DNA from: Bdellovibrionales bacterium
GTDB lineage: Bacteria; Bdellovibrionota; Bdellovibrionia; Bdellovibrionales; JAGQZY01
Direction: 5' to 3'
Assembly: GCA_964230645.1 (NCBI GenBank)
Contig: CAXRHT010000002.1
Span: forward strand, 544,001-608,000
DNA length: 64,000 nucleotides
Positions 57,056 to 64,000 of the stretch are shown here, in pieces; the stretch's first letter is position 1; each line of letters opens with the position of its first letter. The position numbers and the translations under genes were made by a program. Below the pieces are notes generated by a model, which worked only from the letters and a program-made list of their open reading frames with translations, was not told the DNA's origin and made no database searches.

Positions 57056-57607
57056 TCAAGCGCCTTTATTCTTGACCTTTCGTCTTTCCGAACCTTTACT
57101 CACTTGATTTTGATAGGCAATATCTCCGAACATTTCACGTGCTGCTTTATTATAGGCCAATGCCGCTTGCTCTTCGGTCCCGTAATCTCCTAGGTAGTGA
57201 GAACGTCCATTTTTTTCAATACGAGCGCGCCAAATCTTTTTACTTTTCACAAAAGACACACCTTTATACTTAGAAGTGCTTTTATCCGCTCTTTTAGGGA
57301 GCATGCGCTGGCGCTCTTTCATCGAGCAAACTATTAGATTGGATTTACGGTAATCGAGTCCACCTTGCCATCTTCGTGGATAAACAAGCTTTCCCTTGCG
57401 AGGCTTCATTATAAATTGCCCCAAAGTCATTGTGCGGACTTTATCACCTTTACGGATACTTGTGACAACCGAGGGTTTGTTCGCTTTACCTGTGTAAATC
57501 ACTCTCCAACTTTTAGCATCGATGTCTTCAAAATCCTCAGCGTCGACTTTTACTTTTTCGCCCGATTTCGTATTTAAGTACTTCCAAGGTTTTGTTTTTT
57601 TTGCCAT
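57056..57607 (-). CDS. AP2-domain DNA-binding protein with degenerate HNH domain
   Basis: KVDAEDF..., LDYRKSNL, SKYKGVS...WRARI...YLG.Y.TEEQAALAYNKAA..MFG; SD AGGAG before ATG 57607. Confidence 0.88.
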   Translation of the reverse strand: MAKKTKPWKYLNTKSGEKVKVDAEDFEDIDAKSWRVIYTGKANKPSVVTSIRKGDKVRTMTLGQFIMKPRKGKLVYPRRWQGGLDYRKSNLIVCSMKERQRMLPKRADKSTSKYKGVSFVKSKKIWRARIEKNGRSHYLGDYGTEEQAALAYNKAAREMFGDIAYQNQVSKGSERRKVKNKGA

Positions 57608-57636
57608 CAATGAAACTCCTCTAGTCGCATAATCTT

Positions 57637-57663
57637 TCATCGGAAGAATGCTAAACTCCTTTA
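57637..57663 (-). promoter_or_regulatory. Putative sigma28 (FliA) promoter
   Basis: TAAA-N15-TCCGATGA upstream of the AP2 gene. Confidence 0.6.
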
Positions 57664-57800
57664 AAAAAACAGCTTTTTTGACTTGTTCTGAGGCAAGCAG
57701 GCTTCAACCCAATAATTGCGGGACTTTGGGCTAGCCTTAAAGAGATTTAATAGAGCACTCTCACTGATTTTCTAGGGCTTTTTTGGTAATCTTGAAATTA

Positions 57801-58520
57801 ATGAGAACTCCTCAAAGATTCTGCATTTTTTTAATGGGCTTGTTTTTGCCGATCGTGGCCTCTGGTTTTGACGATACCATCAATCGCTTCAATCTTGACC
57901 TCCTTTACCATTACTCTCGAATCGAACGCTCCACCTTAGTTCAAACTCACAATTTCCAAAGTCGCCAAGGTGGAATGCTGCAATTCGAATACGAGGATGA
58001 AATTGATCTTTTTTGGCGTTGGTATGTTGGAGGAGACTTCACCTTCGCACGCTATGAAGCTTCGGCTACGACTCAATTCTCGCCCCAAGAGCGAATGCCC
58101 TGGCAGGCCTACATTGGAACGGGCTTTCAAATAGGAGCCCTTAAATCTTGGGAAATCTTTTTTGGCGCTGGGGGCTCAAGTGAGCACTACTTCGTAGGCA
58201 CGGGAGTGAACCAATTCGATTTCAGACAAACGGCCTCCCTCCGAGGACATCTGGGTTTGAGTTGGCGTTTTTTAAGTATGACAGGAGCGAGTGCAAAACT
58301 CCTCTTCCGCTACTCTCTTCCTCTGACACAAGTCAATCACAATGGTGCCGAAATGACTTACCGGGGAATTCTTGATGGCAATATCCGTTTACGCCATCGC
58401 TATGATTCTAGCTTTAGTTTTTATGGCGGCATACGATTTGAAGACTATAAACTCATGGATGAGTCCATTACCTATTTCACTAGCCGAGTTTATGCCGGAC
58501 TCGGACTGCATTTTCAGTAA
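57801..58520 (+). CDS. Outer-membrane beta-barrel hypothetical protein
   Basis: Signal peptide; alternating aromatic/Gly strands; C-terminal YAGLGLHFQ. Confidence 0.68.
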   Translation: MRTPQRFCIFLMGLFLPIVASGFDDTINRFNLDLLYHYSRIERSTLVQTHNFQSRQGGMLQFEYEDEIDLFWRWYVGGDFTFARYEASATTQFSPQERMPWQAYIGTGFQIGALKSWEIFFGAGGSSEHYFVGTGVNQFDFRQTASLRGHLGLSWRFLSMTGASAKLLFRYSLPLTQVNHNGAEMTYRGILDGNIRLRHRYDSSFSFYGGIRFEDYKLMDESITYFTSRVYAGLGLHFQ

Positions 58521-58574
58521 GAACATTACTTAAAAAAAATACTGTCTCAAAAAAAGACAAAACTCTCTGATTTC

Positions 58575-58601
58575 TAAGTTTATTTCCGAAAAGACCGATA
58601 A
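58575..58601 (+). promoter_or_regulatory. Putative sigma28 (FliA) promoter
   Basis: TAAG-N15-ACCGATAA upstream of the adhesin-like gene. Confidence 0.6.
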
Positions 58602-58629
58602 GCATATATAGATATAAATAAGGTTTTTT

Positions 58630-61482
58630 ATGTGGTCCGTTGGTTGTGAAGAAAAACATTTTATCTTTCTTAGGCGTAGTGTTGTCATTGCGGGCCAGTT
58701 TCTATTATCTCTTATTCTTTTTGCTTGCGGGGCTCCCCCACAACAGATTGATGAAGGCTCAGAAAGTCCAGCGCTCCTGGTCCTCTCTCAAGACTCAACC
58801 ACTCATCTGCCCAATTTAATCAATGGCACCTCTACACTCCACAGTATCACTCTGATTAATATGTCTGCCACAGTCCCTGCGGAAAGACTGGCTCTGAGTG
58901 GTTTACCGGGGCCTCCATTTGCTTTTAGCGGCGGTCAGTTTCCTGGCCTTGGTGGCACCTGTAGTGAAGTTCTTAATCCTGGTAATACCTGCACCATGGA
59001 ATTTGAAATCACACCCACTGTGAGCACAAGCTTTCAAAGCACTTTTCAACTCGACTACTTTGATGGACTTGAAGATGAGAGTTTGGAAATAACACTGAGT
59101 GGACAATCAAGAGACCCCTTTCCTGCTCAATTGGTCCTCAACCCCTCTTCTGATTTTGACTTTGGCCCACTAGCCATCGGAGGTTTTAGAGATCGAGTGA
59201 TCACTTTAAGTAACTCGGGGGAAATGGCAGCGACCTCGATTAATCTAACAGGACTGGCGGCTCCTTTTAGTATCGAAAATAATTCCTGTGGAACTACACT
59301 CGGAGCTGGAGAACAATGTCAGTGGAGAGTGCGATTTTCACCACTCACAGACTCTGTGAGTACTGACTCTTTGAGCTTGAACTTTTTTGATGGTGAACAG
59401 AATCAAAGTGAGGACATCAATTTCCAAGGGGAGGGAAGAATTGCTGGATTTCTAGCGATCAACGAGGGTTCAAGTTTTGACTTTCAAATTTTACTAGCCT
59501 CTCAGAGCTCCCAAAGAACTTTGACTCTCGAAAATACGGGTGGAGGCAATGTCAGTGGAATTTCTGTGGGTTCTATGAGTGCACCATTTGCCATCGTCAG
59601 CAACGATTGTCCCACTGCACTTAGCCCATCTGAGAATTGTGAGGTCGTTGTCTCCTATTCTCCCACCCAGACCCAACTCAGTCTAGAAAACTTGAATGTT
59701 AATTACTTCGATGGATTTGATCCTCAACAAAGCCAAGCTCAGTTTCGTGGCCAAGGATTTAACAACACCCTTAGCCTCAGCTTACTCTCCCCTGCATCAA
59801 CGCCTTCTAATGATGACACTCCGGAGCTTCAGATTGAAAACACCATCGACGGCCTACGCCTCCACCTCTACCAAAGTGCCAGTTGTGGCACACTTAATTC
59901 GAATCAAACTGCGTCGGGTTCACAGTTAACTTTTGAACCCACGATGGCTGAGGGTACTTATCAGTTTCATGTCCGAGCCGAAGACTCTGAGGGGAACTTT
60001 ACAGCTTGCTCCTCTGATTTTGTGGCCTTTGAGTACGACAACACGCCTCCCGCTCCCCCTAATACAATTAGTTTTCTAAGCTCTTATACAAGTCTTTCCA
60101 CTACCACTCCGACGATCTCTTGGTCTACTAGTTCAAGCCCTGATGTCGTGGACTACCAAGTGGCTATTAGCAATAGTTCTGGAGGTGGTAACAGTCATGG
60201 AGGATTCACTTCAAAAGGCAATGTCTTATCGGCCACACAAACGGGGCTTTCTCTAACAGAATGCGAATACTACTACGCGAGTGTACAAACTGAGGATCAC
60301 GTCGGCCTTATTTCATCGAGCTTTTCCGTCTCCCCTACTAGTTTTCGATATGACTCAGCCCCACCGAGTCCTCCTTCTTCACTTAACGAAAGTGGTGATG
60401 CGAGTACCACAAACTCGGCCACAGTTTCATGGAGTGCTGGGAGCGACGCCTGTGGAGTGTCCCACTATCTCGTAGCTATAAGCGAGGACCTCAATGGCAA
60501 CAACATTCTTGATCCGGGAGAGCTAGGTAACATTTTAGGTTTTACGGATGTGGGAAATATTACGACCCACCGTTTCAATAGCCTTTCTTTAAATAACGGA
60601 GTGACCCACTTCACCAGTATTAAAACGGTCGACACCACAGGCAGAGAGTCTTCGACTGTGACCTCTAAGCCATGGATTGCTTATGACCCATCCGAAGAAC
60701 TCCCGAATATGATTGCATGGCTTGACGCTAACGATCTCGCCACCCTTGTAGATAGTAACGGCAATAATGCTTTAAGTGGCTCTTTTAATGGAGAGGTGGC
60801 TTCCTGGCGGGATAAGTCAGACAGTAATACTTATCATCATTTTAATGCCATTGGTAGCTCGACAAGACCCAACTTTACCCCCTTCCAAGTCAACTTTGAT
60901 GGCTCAACTACCGGCCTTACCACTGCCAATCATGATGAGATTAATACCGATACAGTGAGACAAAGAAATTTAACGGTCGCTTTTAGAACCTCAAACGATA
61001 TTTCAAGTCGACAAGTTATTTATGAAGAAGGTGGAAGCATTCGGGGAATGAATATCTATCTTTTTAACAACCGACTCTACTGTGGATTCTATAATGACTC
61101 TGGTGGCAGCAACGGAGACGGCGACGGCAACCAACCTTTTGTCTCCGTATCAAGACCTATCTCAGCAAACACAACCTACTTTGTGACTTGGGTTTTTGAC
61201 TATAGTCACTTTGACGGAGCCGACGGACCTGATGGCGACCTTAAATGCTATGTCAACGGAGTCAATTTCGATTCCACTACGACAACTTCAAGACTTTTTG
61301 CTCATAGCGGAGCGGTTGGCTTAGGAGTCGTTAACAGTCAAACCGTTTTTGAAGATTACAGTGTTGCAAACAGCGGCAACAACTTCCTCGGAAGTCTTTA
61401 CGAAGTGATGCTCTTTAACGATGTGCCCACTGATGCTGATGTTGTAAATGTTCACACCTATCTTGATAATAAATGGAATTAA
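58630..61482 (+). CDS. Large surface lipoprotein/adhesin (three Ig-like choice-of-anchor-D repeats, Big/FN3, C-terminal LamG/ConA-like)
   Basis: LFAC lipobox; repeated FDFG/ITLSNSG/APF/C...C/FSP units; DNTPP and DSAPP linkers; AWLDAND...W.DKS...IYEEGG..RGMNIY...EVMLFN...YL.NKW. Confidence 0.82.
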   Translation: MWSVGCEEKHFIFLRRSVVIAGQFLLSLILFACGAPPQQIDEGSESPALLVLSQDSTTHLPNLINGTSTLHSITLINMSATVPAERLALSGLPGPPFAFSGGQFPGLGGTCSEVLNPGNTCTMEFEITPTVSTSFQSTFQLDYFDGLEDESLEITLSGQSRDPFPAQLVLNPSSDFDFGPLAIGGFRDRVITLSNSGEMAATSINLTGLAAPFSIENNSCGTTLGAGEQCQWRVRFSPLTDSVSTDSLSLNFFDGEQNQSEDINFQGEGRIAGFLAINEGSSFDFQILLASQSSQRTLTLENTGGGNVSGISVGSMSAPFAIVSNDCPTALSPSENCEVVVSYSPTQTQLSLENLNVNYFDGFDPQQSQAQFRGQGFNNTLSLSLLSPASTPSNDDTPELQIENTIDGLRLHLYQSASCGTLNSNQTASGSQLTFEPTMAEGTYQFHVRAEDSEGNFTACSSDFVAFEYDNTPPAPPNTISFLSSYTSLSTTTPTISWSTSSSPDVVDYQVAISNSSGGGNSHGGFTSKGNVLSATQTGLSLTECEYYYASVQTEDHVGLISSSFSVSPTSFRYDSAPPSPPSSLNESGDASTTNSATVSWSAGSDACGVSHYLVAISEDLNGNNILDPGELGNILGFTDVGNITTHRFNSLSLNNGVTHFTSIKTVDTTGRESSTVTSKPWIAYDPSEELPNMIAWLDANDLATLVDSNGNNALSGSFNGEVASWRDKSDSNTYHHFNAIGSSTRPNFTPFQVNFDGSTTGLTTANHDEINTDTVRQRNLTVAFRTSNDISSRQVIYEEGGSIRGMNIYLFNNRLYCGFYNDSGGSNGDGDGNQPFVSVSRPISANTTYFVTWVFDYSHFDGADGPDGDLKCYVNGVNFDSTTTTSRLFAHSGAVGLGVVNSQTVFEDYSVANSGNNFLGSLYEVMLFNDVPTDADVVNVHTYLDNKWN

Positions 61483-61615
61483 CAAACACCATTTTTGAGA
61501 GAACGTCTTAAAAAGAAACAATTGGACATTCTCAATTTTCGACGTCGAAATATTAGTGACTTTTTAGAGACTCAGACATTCTCTGCTCTCTAATGCCATC
61601 TATTTCTTTCTGATC

Positions 61616-61631
61616 TGGTCGCATTTTTGCA
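61616..61631 (+). promoter_or_regulatory. Putative sigma54 promoter
   Basis: TGGTCGCATTTTTGCA (GG-N10-GC). Confidence 0.55.
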
Positions 61632-61658
61632 ACCCTTAAAGCTATGTTTGGGGGTTCT

Positions 61659-62621
61659 ATGAAAATTATTGTTTTTTCACTTCTCATTTTTTTACCGATT
61701 GTTTTTCAAAACTGTTCGGATGCGAACTTCTCTAATTCGGATACCTTCTCAGGAAAACGACAGGCCTCAGAAAGTGATCTCTCATGCTCTGAAGGTTTGT
61801 GTGAAGACATTGGGTCCGACATTATTGATGAGGGCTTAGTCGACCAAGACGATGATACCGACTCAATTAATAGTGGAGACGGCAATAGGGACCACGATGA
61901 AAAATCACCAGGAGAGGGCGACTATGCCAATCGTGACGATCAAGCTCCCCCTTCTTATCCCAATACGGAAGAACCTAATCTACTGGAACTTATTGAACAT
62001 ATTTTTGCAGTTGAAGATTTAAAACCCTTAAGTTCAGAAACATGTGCTGAACTCTTTACAGCTCTAGAGGGTGGGATGAATCTCGATGGACAGAGCTTAA
62101 AAATAAACGCTAACTTCCAACGGGTCATAGTAAAAAATGCCGGTGATGTAAAGATCAACGGAAACACCAGACTTTTAGTGATCGATGGTGCTAAAAATGT
62201 GAAGGTCAGCGGTAACGTTGGGAGCTTGTGTATTCGAGCCCAGCATATCGATGGGATCAATGGTAATGTTGTTGGAGGTCGACAAGCTCACATCATAATT
62301 GGTCAAAACATTGATGGGCAAAAAGCTCTGGCTAAGAATATAAACGGCAATACAAGTGTATCAACCTTGGTTTTGGACATCGATGTTGAAAAGATTAACG
62401 GAAATTCCAATTACTTGAGTATTAAAAACTCTGATGTTGATAAAATTAACGGCAATACTCGTTCATTGCACATAGAGAACGTGACTCTAGAAGAACTAAA
62501 CGGAAATGCTGGCGAACTTGTTCTAAAAAAATCTCTCATCAAAAAGGTCAACGGGAATATCAGAAAACTTGAATATGATGAACAATCCGCTCTTTTGGAA
62601 ATTAACGGTAACATCAACTAA
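61659..62621 (+). CDS. Lipoprotein with C-terminal ~17-aa INGN beta-solenoid repeats
   Basis: FQNC lipobox; acidic linker; about 10 x (I/V/L)(N/S)(G/A)N repeats. Confidence 0.78.
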   Translation: MKIIVFSLLIFLPIVFQNCSDANFSNSDTFSGKRQASESDLSCSEGLCEDIGSDIIDEGLVDQDDDTDSINSGDGNRDHDEKSPGEGDYANRDDQAPPSYPNTEEPNLLELIEHIFAVEDLKPLSSETCAELFTALEGGMNLDGQSLKINANFQRVIVKNAGDVKINGNTRLLVIDGAKNVKVSGNVGSLCIRAQHIDGINGNVVGGRQAHIIIGQNIDGQKALAKNINGNTSVSTLVLDIDVEKINGNSNYLSIKNSDVDKINGNTRSLHIENVTLEELNGNAGELVLKKSLIKKVNGNIRKLEYDEQSALLEINGNIN

Positions 62622-63971
62622 TCAATCACGCTTCCACAAACCGCCAGTGGGACGACCCAACTGGCGTTCTAGAATATGTTTTACGTCCTTTGCCAAAATT
62701 CGCCCGTGAAGGACCTCACCTCCCACATAAACAATGGGACCCAAATGAATACCTAGGTAGTTGGCGTAGTCGTTGTGGTATTGGACCACTTTCTGCATGC
62801 TTTGATTCACTAAGCACTTCTTAATTGGCTCTACTTTTAAATTGAGTTTTTCTAAAGCACCATAAAGCTTATTCTCAGTCTGCTTGTCGAGTGAACCCAG
62901 GGTTAATTGAAAGTAGCGCCAAAATTTTTGTGGATAGGTCTGCCATACACAAAGATGAGCCTGGGTGATCGTATTTTGCAATTTATTGGAAGCTAAAAAA
63001 ACGGGGCGATAATAGAAACTAATCTCTGCACTATTCCCGAGAACTGGAATCATTTTCTCTAGCCACTCCGCTGAGGCCTTCTCCCTAGTCCCTCCAAGAA
63101 AGGTGATCTTCAAAGGACCTTTCCCTAACCTAGGGGTCCACTCCTCCTTGATCTCCAAACTGAAATTAGGCTTTTTTACGTCTACTAAAATTGGGAATTT
63201 GATTAAGTACTTCTCTAAAATATAGTCCAAGGCTCGTTTCTTGCGATCCAGTAAAAGTCGATCACGGGTGGCCCGGCGATTGAAGTCATTGTCTTCCATT
63301 GAATAGGTTTTGAGATAGGTATCAATGTCTTTTTTGGAAATCTTTTTTATCAAACGTTTGTAAACATGGTCTTCCCGAAATTTTTGTTCGGACACCCCTA
63401 GCTTCTGCGCTTCCGCCTTTAATATTTTTTGTTTGAGAATTTTATCGACGGAAGCCAGTTTGAAATGAAAGATCTCTGTGGCGAGCGAACCCCAAATGAA
63501 ATTGTTATAGTCGATATCCTTTTCGTAAATTTTTTGAGAATCGACTTCGGCAATGGCTTCACTCAGGTTGGGGGAGGAAAACTGAATTTTGGTTCCGCCC
63601 TGCAGCTTTACTCCGTACTGGTTGAGCAAGGAAGAGACTGAGCGAGAAACTTTGGAAAAGCGCAGATTTAATGTCTTTACTGGTTTTTTAGCCCTTGAAA
63701 CGAACTGTTGGTAGATCAAGACAAATTGCACATCTTTTTTCTTACTTAAAAAAGCGTCCATGGATGGAGAGAGTGACACTTCCCTCTCGGTGACTTCAAA
63801 AGATCCCGACTTCGCCATGATCCCGTCTGGAAGGTCTGTGAACTTGAAATACACTTCGCCGATCTCGCCTGGTTTTAGAGAGTCTGTTGATTTTTTGGAG
63901 CTCGGTAGAAATATGTAAATCAGACCTAAAACGACGATCAGGCCGATGGCAATGATGGCACTTTTTTTCAT
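62622..63971 (-). CDS. Membrane-anchored DsbA/thioredoxin-fold protein lacking CxxC
   Basis: N-terminal TM; LKAEAQKLGVS linker; P.LG..P..IT, HLCVWQ...KFW, IKKCL, GI..GPIVYVGG; no CxxC. Confidence 0.68.
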   Translation of the reverse strand: MKKSAIIAIGLIVVLGLIYIFLPSSKKSTDSLKPGEIGEVYFKFTDLPDGIMAKSGSFEVTEREVSLSPSMDAFLSKKKDVQFVLIYQQFVSRAKKPVKTLNLRFSKVSRSVSSLLNQYGVKLQGGTKIQFSSPNLSEAIAEVDSQKIYEKDIDYNNFIWGSLATEIFHFKLASVDKILKQKILKAEAQKLGVSEQKFREDHVYKRLIKKISKKDIDTYLKTYSMEDNDFNRRATRDRLLLDRKKRALDYILEKYLIKFPILVDVKKPNFSLEIKEEWTPRLGKGPLKITFLGGTREKASAEWLEKMIPVLGNSAEISFYYRPVFLASNKLQNTITQAHLCVWQTYPQKFWRYFQLTLGSLDKQTENKLYGALEKLNLKVEPIKKCLVNQSMQKVVQYHNDYANYLGIHLGPIVYVGGEVLHGRILAKDVKHILERQLGRPTGGLWKRD

Positions 63972-64000
63972 TCCTCTATTTTAAAAAATCATGGGGAAGT

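Noticed and set aside
54532..57607. Prophage remnant (holin-family and HNH genes)
   Set aside because: YvlD/DUF360 proteins are common chromosomal genes, the HNH is degenerate, and no structural, integrase or lysin genes are present.

Overview
A 64-kb chromosomal window from a diderm bacterium. Gene content and style suggest Bdellovibrionota (inference from many FQNC/FYSNC-type lipoproteins, secreted hydrolases, an Hpt-HATPase/CheX/CheY/PP2C/STAS cluster, an HNH-AP2 protein, and sigma28/sigma54-like promoters). Housekeeping genes: mlaE, ridA, tRNA-Ala(GGC), mtnN, ahpC, pyrF, waaA, cysS, ydiU/selO. Other loci: a Zur-TonB-ZnuD-like zinc uptake locus, an S8/CUB protease, an sbtA-sbtB-DUF2490 bicarbonate uptake operon, a TolC-RND pair without an adaptor gene, a guanidine-III riboswitch upstream of gdx/sugE, an acyl-CoA cluster with an atypical KAS-III, and adhesin-like lipoproteins. 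Non-coding DNA holds three clusters of TGTC-tagged REP/REPIN-like palindromes and several long foldback elements with branched heads. The most novel signal is a 108-aa secreted or membrane-anchored leader ORF ending in an RAPP motif. Its stop region is complementary to the Shine-Dalgarno of sbtA, making it a candidate ribosome-arrest peptide controlling bicarbonate uptake. No CRISPR array, prophage, integrase or transposase was recognised. All assignments come from motif recognition by eye; no searches were run.
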